From an uncultured Alphaproteobacteria bacterium (GTDB lineage Bacteria > Pseudomonadota > Alphaproteobacteria > HIMB59 > GCA-002718135), in NCBI GenBank assembly GCA_902602885.1, contig CACKSM010000001.1, positions 17,550 to 81,549 on the forward strand: DNA of 64,000 nt, written 5' to 3'. Shown here one piece after another: positions 18,930-28,067 of the stretch. Numbering within the stretch: the first letter of the stretch is position 1; each line of letters begins with the position of its first letter. A program made the position numbers and the translations under genes. The notes below the pieces were generated by a model. It saw only the letters and a program-made list of their open reading frames with translations, was not told the DNA's origin and made no database searches.

Positions 18930-19890
18930 TTTATCTGAAAAATTAATAATTAATAAATATTTAAAAATATTAAATTTTAAAAATAAGGGAACATTTGATT
19001 TTGAAAACGATGGAGCATATTTAGACTTAAAGAATAAAAATTATAAAATCACTGTAACAACTGATAGTATTTCTGAGAATATAGATTTTTTCTCTAATGA
19101 TGACCCTAAGTCAATAGCTCAAAAAATTACAACTGTAAATTTATCTGACATATTTGCAATGGGAGCAGTTCCTCATTCTTATCTTTTGAATTTACATTTA
19201 CCAAATTACATCAATGAAAATTGGCTTAATTCATTTTCAAATCAATTAAAGAAAATACAACATAAATATGGATTTTATCTTTTGGGTGGCGATTTATCAA
19301 AATCAAATAAACTGATTGTTTCTTCAACTTTTTTTGGATCTATAAAAAAGAAATTAGAAATATTTCAAAATAAATTTAATTTACATGATGATATTTTAAT
19401 AACAGGTAATATTGGTGAGTCTAAAATTGGTTTAGAAATTTTAAAAAAAAAAAATTCATCAAATATAAACTTGAATCAATATTTTATTAAAAAATATTTA
19501 TATCCCATACCTTGTAAACTTGGACCATTGATTTCAAATTATGTTAATTCAATGAAAGATATTTCTGATGGGTTGATTGGAGATTTAACTAATATGTTAA
19601 ATGGTAAATTTGGTGCATTAATTAGTGTAAATAAAATTCCACTAAGTGTTAAGACCAAAAAATTTATTAATCTTGATCATAAATTTAGAATAGAAAACCT
19701 TTTAAATGCTGGTGATGATTATGGGTTGATAATTATATCTAGTCAAAAAAATAGAAATAAAATTTTTAGTATTGCTAATAAAAATAATGTTAAAATTTCG
19801 TGTGTGGGTAAAATTATTAATGAAAAAGGAATTCATTTCGATTCACATTTAGATATGAAGAACATGAAGAAATTTGATCATTTCTCCTAA
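18910..19890 (+). CDS. thiL: Thiamine-monophosphate kinase
   Basis: AIR-synthase-like fold motifs are present (VTTDSISENIDF, NLSDIFAMGA, GGDLS, DISDGL, GDDYGL), and it sits downstream of nusB. Confidence 0.8.
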   Translation: MKLIKNNLSEKLIINKYLKILNFKNKGTFDFENDGAYLDLKNKNYKITVTTDSISENIDFFSNDDPKSIAQKITTVNLSDIFAMGAVPHSYLLNLHLPNYINENWLNSFSNQLKKIQHKYGFYLLGGDLSKSNKLIVSSTFFGSIKKKLEIFQNKFNLHDDILITGNIGESKIGLEILKKKNSSNINLNQYFIKKYLYPIPCKLGPLISNYVNSMKDISDGLIGDLTNMLNGKFGALISVNKIPLSVKTKKFINLDHKFRIENLLNAGDDYGLIIISSQKNRNKIFSIANKNNVKISCVGKIINEKGIHFDSHLDMKNMKKFDHFS

Positions 19891-19947
19891 AAACTTGATT
19901 TTTTCTATAGTTTCTGACATATCACCCAAAATTTTAAGGAGTTTTCA

Positions 19948-22053
19948 ATGACAACACTGCAGGTATTAATTGTTTTATGCGGTCTAGCAGCCGTATTATA
20001 TGGTCTAGTTACATCTAGGCAAATTTTATCACTTGGTTCTGGAAATGATAAAATGCAAGAAATTGCTGGCGCAATTCAAGAGGGAGCTAGAGCTTATTTA
20101 AACAGACAGTACATGACAATCGCGATAGTAGGTGTTGTTATTTTTGCGCTCATATGGATTGTGTTTGATTTAGCATCAGGAATTGGTTTTTTAATTGGTG
20201 CTTTTTTTTCTGGTGCTGCGGGTTATGTTGGAATGAATATATCGGTTAGATCTAATGTTCGGACAACACATGCTGCAAGTAATAGCTTAGCTGAAGGTTT
20301 ATCAGTATCTTTTAAAGCAGGTGCTGTCACTGGTATGCTTGTTGCTGGATTTGCATTACTTTCTATTGCAATTTTTTATTTTGTTTTGCACAACTCTGGT
20401 TCATTTCCTGGTAGAGAGATTGTAGCTCCTTTAGTTTCTTTAGGATTTGGCGCTTCATTAATTTCAATATTTGCAAGATTAGGCGGTGGTATTTTTACCA
20501 AGGGTGCTGATGTTGGTGCAGATTTAGTAGGTAAAGTAGAAGCTGGTATCCCTGAAGATGACCCACGAAATCCCGCTGTTATTGCTGACAACGTTGGTGA
20601 TAACGTTGGTGATTGTGCAGGTATGGCTGCAGATCTTTTTGAAACTTACGTTGTTACAGTTGTGGCAACAATGGTTTTAGCTTCTATTTTTTTTATAGAA
20701 AATTCCTATACAATGATGATTTTCCCTTTAGCTATTGCAGGAGTTTGTGCTCTAACTAGTATAATTGGTACTTATTTTGTTAAGCTTGGAAAAAATAATA
20801 ATATCATGGCAGCTCTTTACAGAGGTTTTGCCGTTTCTGCTATTTTATCAGCAATATTATTATATTTTGTAACTGATTATATAGTAGGCTTAAATACCGA
20901 TTTAGTTGTTGAGGGTACATCTACACAATTTACTGGAATGTCACTTTTTATATGTGGTTTACTAGGTCTGATTATAACAGGCTTAATCATATGGGTAACT
21001 GAATACTATACAGGTACAAATTACAGACCAGTTCAAAGTATTGCTCAATCATCTACAACTGGCCATGGAACAAATGTAATACAAGGTCTTGCAATAAGCT
21101 TGGAAGCAACTGCTTTGCCAGCTTTAATTATTGTGGCCGGTATTATATCCACTTATTCACTAGCTGGTTTATTTGGTATAGCTATTGCTGTTACAACTAT
21201 GTTAGCCTTAGCTGGTATGGTTGTTGCTCTAGACGCATACGGACCTGTAACAGATAATGCAGGGGGCATTGCAGAAATGTCAAACTTAGATGAGAATGTA
21301 AGAAAGACAACTGATGCACTTGATGCAGTTGGTAATACAACTAAAGCTGTGACCAAGGGTTATGCAATAGGATCAGCAGGTTTAGGTGCGTTAGTTCTAT
21401 TTGCAGCTTATACAGAAGATCTTGATCATTTTGCTAAAGATCCAGGAAGTCCTTTATATGGAATAGAAGTTTCTTTTGATTTATCCAATCCTTACGTAGT
21501 TGTTGGCCTATTGCTAGGAGGACTCCTACCTTTCTTATTTGGTGCTTTAAGTATGACTGCAGTTGGTAGAGCAGCTGGCTCAGTAGTTTTAGAAGTAAGA
21601 AGACAGTTTAAAGAGATTCCCGGTATCATGGAAGGCAAGGGTAAGCCGGAATATGGTACGTGTGTTGATATACTAACAAAGTCTGCAATTAAAGAGATGA
21701 TTGTACCATCAATGTTACCTGTATTATCACCTATTGTTGTCTATTTCGTTATATTATTTATAGCTGGTCAAGCAGCAGCTTTATCATGTTTAGGAGCACT
21801 ATTACTTGGTGTGATTATAACTGGTTTATTTGTTGCTATAAGTATGACTGCAGGTGGTGGAGCATGGGATAACGCAAAAAAATATATTGAAGATGGTAAT
21901 CATGGAGGTAAAGGTAGTGAAGCACACAAAGCTGCTGTAACAGGTGATACTGTTGGTGATCCCTATAAAGATACTGCAGGTCCTGCAGTTAATCCAATGA
22001 TCAAAATTACAAATATTGTTGCACTTTTACTTTTAGCTGCAATATCTTTATAA
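19948..22053 (+). CDS. hppA: Membrane-bound proton-translocating pyrophosphatase, K+-independent type
   Basis: 701 aa with [44 protein letters not shown] and [19 protein letters not shown]. Lys in GNTTKA marks the K+-independent class. Confidence 0.97.
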   Translation: MTTLQVLIVLCGLAAVLYGLVTSRQILSLGSGNDKMQEIAGAIQEGARAYLNRQYMTIAIVGVVIFALIWIVFDLASGIGFLIGAFFSGAAGYVGMNISVRSNVRTTHAASNSLAEGLSVSFKAGAVTGMLVAGFALLSIAIFYFVLHNSGSFPGREIVAPLVSLGFGASLISIFARLGGGIFTKGADVGADLVGKVEAGIPEDDPRNPAVIADNVGDNVGDCAGMAADLFETYVVTVVATMVLASIFFIENSYTMMIFPLAIAGVCALTSIIGTYFVKLGKNNNIMAALYRGFAVSAILSAILLYFVTDYIVGLNTDLVVEGTSTQFTGMSLFICGLLGLIITGLIIWVTEYYTGTNYRPVQSIAQSSTTGHGTNVIQGLAISLEATALPALIIVAGIISTYSLAGLFGIAIAVTTMLALAGMVVALDAYGPVTDNAGGIAEMSNLDENVRKTTDALDAVGNTTKAVTKGYAIGSAGLGALVLFAAYTEDLDHFAKDPGSPLYGIEVSFDLSNPYVVVGLLLGGLLPFLFGALSMTAVGRAAGSVVLEVRRQFKEIPGIMEGKGKPEYGTCVDILTKSAIKEMIVPSMLPVLSPIVVYFVILFIAGQAAALSCLGALLLGVIITGLFVAISMTAGGGAWDNAKKYIEDGNHGGKGSEAHKAAVTGDTVGDPYKDTAGPAVNPMIKITNIVALLLLAAISL

Positions 22054-22055
22054 AA

Positions 22056-22484
22056 TTAAGGGGTTGTTGGTAATTCTTTTTGAGTTCCAACACCCCCAAA
22101 TATTTTTTCTAGCAAACCTCTTTTTACAATCTGGTTGGATGTTTTATCATCTGAAAATTTTATATTATCAATATCTTTTGTGTTAAATACTTTTGTTTCA
22201 ATTATTTCTTCATTTTCATTCAATTTAAAAACAAAAACATAGCTATATTTTATTTCTTTTTTAAAGATTGACTTTTTTTGACTTTTTTCTGAAAAATAAA
22301 AAAATTTATTTTCTATTGGATCAATGTAGCTTGGGTTGCCAAGTGTACTAATTAATTTTTCTTTATTCGTAAAATTAATATCATTTAATTCTTCATTATT
22401 TAAAATTTTTCCAGAATACGTCGTTTTATTTGAACAGTTTGCTAAAATAAAAAAAATACATATATAAAAAAATGTTTTAACCAT
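22056..22484 (-). CDS. bamE: Outer-membrane lipoprotein, BamE/SmpA-OmlA-like
   Basis: It has a signal peptide with lipobox ILANC and an SmpA/OmlA-like core (LISTLGNPSYIDPIENKFFYF). The position next to the Cbp3-like gene matches other Alphaproteobacteria. Confidence 0.6.
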   Translation of the reverse strand: MVKTFFYICIFFILANCSNKTTYSGKILNNEELNDINFTNKEKLISTLGNPSYIDPIENKFFYFSEKSQKKSIFKKEIKYSYVFVFKLNENEEIIETKVFNTKDIDNIKFSDDKTSNQIVKRGLLEKIFGGVGTQKELPTTP

Positions 22485-22486
22485 TA

Positions 22487-22978
22487 ATGATTTTACAATA
22501 CTTTAAAAAAAAAGAAAATAAAGAGCAAATAATTGCAGCAAAGCAATACAAAAAAATAATATCTGAGAGTAATATATTTTTAAATGAAAACAATTTTTTT
22601 AAAGAAAGAAATTATAAAACATCTTTTGAAATTGTCTCTATTTTTTTAATTATGTTTATTCGTAGAAATCTATTAGAATTTAATAGAAACCTTTATTTGA
22701 AAGTAAATGATGAATTGGTATCTTTATTTATCTCTGATTTAGATGAATCTCTAAGAGCTAAGGGTATTGGAGATATATCTATTGGAAAGTATGTTAAATC
22801 TTACGTAAAAAAATTTTATTTTAGAGTAAAAAAATTTCCAGATGATAATAATCTTTATAAAAATGATTCATTTATGGAATATCTTAAAATAACAGACATA
22901 ATTAAAAATGAGGATTATGTTAAAGTTTCTAGAAAATTTAATCATAAATTTGTAGAATTTATCAATTCTTCAAACTAA
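22487..22978 (+). CDS. Ubiquinol-cytochrome c chaperone (Cbp3-like) family protein
   Basis: FISDLDESLRAKGIGDISIGKYVKSYVKKFYFR matches the D..LRE.GvgD...gk.mk...fyGR pattern of the bacterial Cbp3-like family. Synteny with bamE and rpmF also supports the call. Confidence 0.55.
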   Translation: MILQYFKKKENKEQIIAAKQYKKIISESNIFLNENNFFKERNYKTSFEIVSIFLIMFIRRNLLEFNRNLYLKVNDELVSLFISDLDESLRAKGIGDISIGKYVKSYVKKFYFRVKKFPDDNNLYKNDSFMEYLKITDIIKNEDYVKVSRKFNHKFVEFINSSN

Positions 22979-23048
22979 GATGTCAAAATTCTGTACAAAT
23001 ATTGCAATTTTATCTTGAATTAATTCTAAAAACTAATAATTGGAAAAA

Positions 23049-23240
23049 ATGGCCGTTCCTAAAAGAAAAACTAGTGTATCAAAAAGAAATATGAGAAGAT
23101 CCCATGACTCTCTTAAAAGATTAAATGTTGTTTTGGATAAGGACTCTGGTGAACCAAGATTATCTCATAAGATCGATCTTTCTACAGGTATGTACAAAGG
23201 TCGAGAAATTCTCAAAAAAAAATCAAAAGAAAATAATTAA
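23049..23240 (+). CDS. rpmF: 50S ribosomal protein L32
   Basis: [19 protein letters not shown] is the L32 N-terminus. I place the start at ATG 23049, not the TTG at 23040. Confidence 0.93.
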   Translation: MAVPKRKTSVSKRNMRRSHDSLKRLNVVLDKDSGEPRLSHKIDLSTGMYKGREILKKKSKENN

Positions 23241-23243
23241 GTA

Positions 23244-24257
23244 ATGTCTGAAGGGCAAGTAGCAATTGCCGTAGATGCAATGGGCGGGGAAAACAGTCCT
23301 TACAAAGTTTTAAAAGGTGTTGAAATTTTTCTTCAAAAAGAAAAAAATACTAAATTCATTATTTTTGGTGATGAGTTATTAATTAATCAAAGTATAAAAA
23401 AAAATAATTTAAATATTTTTAATTTTGAAATTGTAAACACAGAAGATATTATTTCTGATGAAGATAATGTTAACACTATTCTGAGATCAAAAAAAAATAG
23501 TAGTATTTATAAAGGATTGGAGTTTGCAAAAAAAAATGAGAAATCAGGTTTTGTATCATCTGGAAGCACTGCAGCTATTATGATTCTTTCAAGACTTCAT
23601 ATGGGAATGATTGAAGGTATTGATAGACCGGCTATTTGCTCTTTAGTCCCAAACAAAAAAAATTACTCACTTATGCTAGATTTAGGTGCAAACGTTTTAG
23701 TTAGTGGATCAAACTTGTTTCAATTTGCATTGATGGGTTATTGTTATTATTCGATAATAAATAAAAATAAAAAACCAAAAATAGGTATTTTAAATATTGG
23801 AACAGAGAATAATAAAGGTTTGGAATTTCTTCAGGTTGCAGCAGATTTAATTCTATCCAGTTTTTTAAAAGAACATTTTATAGGCTTTATAGAACCTAAT
23901 AAAATAACATCTGGTGATTGCGATATCATTGTTTCTGATGGTTACTCTGGAAACATAATGCTTAAATCTGCAGAAGGTATTTCAAACTTTATAACGTCTA
24001 ATTTAAGAGAAATTTTTAATAAATCTTTAATTAATAAAATTTCATACAAATTAATTGAAAAAGATTTGAGAAAATTAAAAGATCAAGTTAATCCAGATAT
24101 TTATAATGGAGCTACCTTGATAGGCTTAAATGGTATTTCAGTTAAAAGTCATGGCAATGCTAACCCCGTTGCTTTTAGTTATGCATTGAAACAGTGTCAT
24201 AATTTTATTACTAATGATCTTAATAAACAAATTATAAAGTCTATAAAAAATATATAA
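23244..24257 (+). CDS. plsX: Phosphate acyltransferase PlsX
   Basis: IAVDAMGGENSP, LDLGAN and VSDGYSGNIMLKSAEG are present, and it lies downstream of rpmF. Confidence 0.93.
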   Translation: MSEGQVAIAVDAMGGENSPYKVLKGVEIFLQKEKNTKFIIFGDELLINQSIKKNNLNIFNFEIVNTEDIISDEDNVNTILRSKKNSSIYKGLEFAKKNEKSGFVSSGSTAAIMILSRLHMGMIEGIDRPAICSLVPNKKNYSLMLDLGANVLVSGSNLFQFALMGYCYYSIINKNKKPKIGILNIGTENNKGLEFLQVAADLILSSFLKEHFIGFIEPNKITSGDCDIIVSDGYSGNIMLKSAEGISNFITSNLREIFNKSLINKISYKLIEKDLRKLKDQVNPDIYNGATLIGLNGISVKSHGNANPVAFSYALKQCHNFITNDLNKQIIKSIKNI

Positions 24258-24559
24258 TGGATAAGCATAATATATCTAGAGATGAAATTGCTGATGCAAT
24301 GAAAAGTGAATTTGGCTTTAATAGAAAGCTATGTCTAGATATTGTAAATGATATTGTTGATATAATTATTGAAGGTCTGCAATTAGATAAAAAGGTTAAA
24401 ATACATAACTTTGGTACTTTTAAACTTAATAAAAAGAATAGTAGAATTGGAAGAAATCCAAAAACTAAAGAAGAATTCAATATTTCTAGTAGAAATGTTA
24501 TAACTTTTAAAGCCAGCAAAATATTATTAAAGTATATTAATAATAATATTAATGATTAA
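24257..24559 (+). CDS. ihfA: Integration host factor subunit alpha (HU/IHF family)
   Basis: 100 aa with GFGTFKLNKKNSRIGRNPKTKEEFNISSRNVITFKAS. The alpha-subunit assignment rests on plsX-...-ihfA-merR synteny. Confidence 0.85.
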   Translation: MDKHNISRDEIADAMKSEFGFNRKLCLDIVNDIVDIIIEGLQLDKKVKIHNFGTFKLNKKNSRIGRNPKTKEEFNISSRNVITFKASKILLKYINNNIND

Positions 24560-24929
24560 TAAAAAATATTTGAATATTTCTGAAGTTTCAAAGTTGTTAC
24601 AAATAGAAGAGCATAAAATTAGATATTGGGATTCTGTTGATCCAAAAACAAACAAATACAGAATAGAAGGTATTTCAACAAAAAGTAAAGGTGGAACTAG
24701 ATACTTTAATATGGAAAATGTTAAAAAACTTCAAAAACTAAAAAAAATTCTTTATGAAGGAGATAGTCAGAATTATTCAATAAAATTAGCAGAGAAAATA
24801 TTAAATTCTAAGATCAAGTCGGATATTAAAAAAGATAAAACAACGATAGATTACCAGTATCTAAATAATGTTGAAAATATTAAACAGATTCTTAATAAAA
24901 TGAGATTATTGTTGAAAAACAAATATTAA
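24552..24929 (+). CDS. MerR-family transcriptional regulator
   Basis: The N-terminal HTH is LNISEVSKLLQIEEHKIRYWD. The position after ihfA is conserved in Alphaproteobacteria. Confidence 0.75.
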   Translation: MINKKYLNISEVSKLLQIEEHKIRYWDSVDPKTNKYRIEGISTKSKGGTRYFNMENVKKLQKLKKILYEGDSQNYSIKLAEKILNSKIKSDIKKDKTTIDYQYLNNVENIKQILNKMRLLLKNKY

Positions 24930-25091
24930 TAATATTTATATAAAAAAAAATACATATATTTCAGTAATTTATATTAAAAATTTATACAAAAAATAAGAAA
25001 AAAAAAGTTATTTTTAATGTTTTATTTGTTCGTCAATTCAAATATATGAACCTCATCTTATTAGTAAGGAAACAAACTATAAGGAGTTTTT

Positions 25092-25856
25092 ATGTTAAAT
25101 AAGACTAGTCTATTAGGTATCATTGCTGCGACTATAGCTTTTATTGCTGTACCAGCTTTTGCTGCCGATACCTTCTTGGGTGAAGGTGATTTCGTAGGTA
25201 TTACATTCTGGATTGTATCAATTGGAATGTGGGCATCTACTATTTTCTTCTTTTACGAAGGTATGAGAGTTTCTTCCAAGTGGAGAACTTCAATGGTTGT
25301 TGCAGGGCTAATTACTTTTATAGCTGCTGTACACTACATGTATATGAGAGACTTTTGGGTTGCTACAGGTGAGTCGCCAACAGTATATAGATATATTGAC
25401 TGGATACTAACTGTACCACTTCAAATGGTTGAATTCTTCTTAATTCTAGTTGCTGCCGGAGCAGCTGTATCTAGTGGTGCTTTCTACAGATTGCTCATTG
25501 GTACACTTGTTATGATTGTTGGTGGATATCTTGGAGAAGCAGGTCATATTTCAGTATTACTTGGTTTCATCATTGGTATGATCGGTTGGGCTGTAATCAT
25601 TTGGGAAATTTTCCGAGGTGAAGCAAGTCAAGCTGCTACAACTAAAGAATCGGTAACATCTGCATTTAATGCAATGAGATTAATTGTATTAGTTGGATGG
25701 GCAATTTATCCTCTTGGATATGTATTCGGTTTAATGATGGGTTCAGTTGATGCTGATACTCTAAACTGGATTTATAACCTTGCAGATTTTATAAATAAAA
25801 TCTTATTCGGTTTAATTATCTGGAATGCTGCTGCTAAAGACTCAGCTACTGCATAA
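25092..25856 (+). CDS. Proteorhodopsin (light-driven proton pump), Gln at the spectral-tuning site
   Basis: It has a signal peptide plus 7 TM segments. RYIDWILTVPLQMVEF gives the D-T-E proton-pump triad, with Q (codon 25422-25424) at the position equivalent to L/Q105. The retinal Schiff-base Lys lies in ADFINKILFG. A strong AAGGAG RBS is present. Confidence 0.97.
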   Translation: MLNKTSLLGIIAATIAFIAVPAFAADTFLGEGDFVGITFWIVSIGMWASTIFFFYEGMRVSSKWRTSMVVAGLITFIAAVHYMYMRDFWVATGESPTVYRYIDWILTVPLQMVEFFLILVAAGAAVSSGAFYRLLIGTLVMIVGGYLGEAGHISVLLGFIIGMIGWAVIIWEIFRGEASQAATTKESVTSAFNAMRLIVLVGWAIYPLGYVFGLMMGSVDADTLNWIYNLADFINKILFGLIIWNAAAKDSATA

Positions 25857-25880
25857 TTAAATATTTAAATAATATTAAAA

Positions 25881-25907
25881 AACCCTCTAAATAGAGGGTT
25901 TTTTTTA
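25881..25907 (+). terminator. Rho-independent terminator after proteorhodopsin
   Basis: AACCCTCT (25881-25888), loop AAAT, AGAGGGTT (25893-25900), running into a T-tract. Confidence 0.85.
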
Positions 25908-25952
25908 TTAAATTATTGACTTAATTTTTCAATATATGTATTTGGGCACGCG

Positions 25953-26411
25953 ATGAAAACATTCTCTCTTAAAAAAAGTGATATTAAGAAAAAGTGGGTT
26001 TTAATTGACGCTAAAGATGCAGTTTTAGGAAGACTTGCTGTAATTTCTGCAAATATCCTAAGAGGAAAAAATAAGCCCGAATATACCCCTAACCAAGACT
26101 GTGGCGATAATTTAATTATAATCAACTCTGATAAAATTCATCTAAAAGGTAAAAAAGCTGATAATAAAATCTATTACAGACACACTGGATATCCAGGAGG
26201 AATAAAAGAGACAACTCCTAATAAAATGAAGGAAAAAAACAAATCTGATGAAATGATTAAACTTGCAATTAAAAGAATGATTCCAAGAGGACCCTTAGGA
26301 AGACAACAATTATCAAATTGCAAGATATATAGAGATGAAAATCATAAGCATGAAGCCCAAAACCCTCAAATCATCGATATAGAATCAATGAATATTAAAA
26401 ATAAAATCTAA
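25953..26411 (+). CDS. rplM: 50S ribosomal protein L13
   Basis: [17 protein letters not shown]...[18 protein letters not shown]...[10 protein letters not shown]. Confidence 0.95.
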   Translation: MKTFSLKKSDIKKKWVLIDAKDAVLGRLAVISANILRGKNKPEYTPNQDCGDNLIIINSDKIHLKGKKADNKIYYRHTGYPGGIKETTPNKMKEKNKSDEMIKLAIKRMIPRGPLGRQQLSNCKIYRDENHKHEAQNPQIIDIESMNIKNKI

Positions 26412-26413
26412 CT

Positions 26414-26842
26414 ATGGAAAATCAAGAAAATCAAACCGATAATATTTTAGATAATAAAGAAAGAGCATACGCTACTGGAAAAAGAAAAAATTCTATTGCT
26501 AGAGTTTGGTTAAAAAGAGGTAGTGGTGAAATTAAAATTAATGGTAAACCTTTAGATAAATACTTTTCAAGACCAGTACTTCAAATGATAGTTAACCAGC
26601 CTTTGGATATCGTTAAAGCCGATAATTCTTATGAGATTATGGCTTCAGTTAAAGGCGGCGGTCTTTCTGGTCAAGCAGGTGCTATAAGACATGGTATAAG
26701 TAAAGCATTAAGCTTATACGATCAGTCAAATAGACCACCTCTCAAAAAAGTTGGCTTTCTTACGAGAGATCCAAGAGTTGTTGAAAGAAAAAAAGCTGGT
26801 TTAGCTAAAGCCAGACGAAGTTACCAATTCTCTAAGAGATAA
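26414..26842 (+). CDS. rpsI: 30S ribosomal protein S9
   Basis: [15 protein letters not shown]...[19 protein letters not shown]...[27 protein letters not shown]. Confidence 0.95.
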   Translation: MENQENQTDNILDNKERAYATGKRKNSIARVWLKRGSGEIKINGKPLDKYFSRPVLQMIVNQPLDIVKADNSYEIMASVKGGGLSGQAGAIRHGISKALSLYDQSNRPPLKKVGFLTRDPRVVERKKAGLAKARRSYQFSKR

Positions 26843-26848
26843 ATTTTC

Positions 26849-27877
26849 ATGAAAAATAAGATTAAAGTGGCCGTTTTAGGCTCAACCGGCTATGTTGGAA
26901 TGGAGTTAGTAAAAATTCTATCAAATCATTCTAACGTAGATATAAATTTTCTAGGATCAGAAACTATTCATGACAGTTATCTAAATAATATTGATAATAC
27001 ACAAGAGTATAATCAACTACCTCTTTTAAGACCAAATAATAGTTTTAATACTGAAGATAGTGATTATGTTTTTTTAGCTTTACCTCACGCTGTATCTAAT
27101 AAATATGTAAAAAAATATTTTAATAAAATTAATATTATAGATTTATCAGCTGACTTTAGACTAGATAATTTTGATGTATATAAAGAAAACTATGGCGATG
27201 GACATGAGTGCAAAGAGTATTTAAACAATTTTATATATGGTCTCGTTGAAATATATAGAGATAAAATAGAAAAATCAAAAAATATAGCGGTCCCTGGATG
27301 TTATCCCACTTCTATTTTATTACCATTAATACCTTTAGTAAAAAATAAATTAATTGATACCAAGAATATAATTATTGATTCTAAATCAGGTTATAGTGGA
27401 GCTGGAAAGAAATTTGATTTCAATAAAATGAAATCAAAAAATGATTATAATTTTTACAATTATAATACAAATAATCACAGACATATTGCAGAAATCAAAC
27501 AAGAACTTAATAAACATAGTCCAGAAAATGATGTAATGTTTTCATTTAATCCCCATATATTACCTAATTTTAGAGGTATGATTTCTACAATTTATTGTGA
27601 TCTAAATAATAATATAAAAAAAACTGATATTATAAACCTATTAAAAGAATTAGATAAAATTAATCCTTTTCTAAAATATATTAAAAATGATGAAACTCTT
27701 GATTTTTTTTCTATTCAAAATTCTAATTATTGTAAAATTAAAGTTTTTGATCATTATAGTGATGATAAGCTGATTATAGTCAGTGCAATAGATAACTTAA
27801 TCAAAGGTGCTGCAGGTCAAGCAGTACAATGTTTTAATATTGCAGAAAATATTGAAGAAACAGTATCTTTATTATGA
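26849..27877 (+). CDS. argC: N-acetyl-gamma-glutamyl-phosphate reductase
   Basis: VAVLGSTGYVGMELVKIL, the active-site box AVPGCYPTS and the C-terminal DNLIKGAAGQAVQCFN are present. Confidence 0.92.
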   Translation: MKNKIKVAVLGSTGYVGMELVKILSNHSNVDINFLGSETIHDSYLNNIDNTQEYNQLPLLRPNNSFNTEDSDYVFLALPHAVSNKYVKKYFNKINIIDLSADFRLDNFDVYKENYGDGHECKEYLNNFIYGLVEIYRDKIEKSKNIAVPGCYPTSILLPLIPLVKNKLIDTKNIIIDSKSGYSGAGKKFDFNKMKSKNDYNFYNYNTNNHRHIAEIKQELNKHSPENDVMFSFNPHILPNFRGMISTIYCDLNNNIKKTDIINLLKELDKINPFLKYIKNDETLDFFSIQNSNYCKIKVFDHYSDDKLIIVSAIDNLIKGAAGQAVQCFNIAENIEETVSLL

Positions 27878-28059
27878 TTAAATATTTTATAGTTTTTCCT
27901 CTATTTCTTTTCATCGTTTCATGCGGTTATCCTGATATTGATAGTGTCCCTGATTTTAAAGACACAAAATTAAATGATGAAGAATTATTAGATTATTGTA
28001 GTATCTCTAATACTGATAAAAAAGATATAGATAAATGTATTAATGATTATAAAAGTTAA
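27874..28059 (+). CDS. Small predicted lipoprotein (61 aa), function unknown
   Basis: It has a signal peptide with lipobox FIVSCG and an ATGA overlap with argC. I recognise no family. Confidence 0.45.
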   Translation: MIKYFIVFPLFLFIVSCGYPDIDSVPDFKDTKLNDEELLDYCSISNTDKKDIDKCINDYKS

Positions 28060-28067
28060 ATTTAGTT

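Noticed and set aside
25916-25944. Possible sigma-70 promoter for rplM (TTGACT at 25916-25921 plus TATTTG 17 nt downstream).
   Set aside because: The -35 hexamer is good, but the -10 candidate is weak. The implied transcript would be nearly leaderless. I cannot call this without TSS data.
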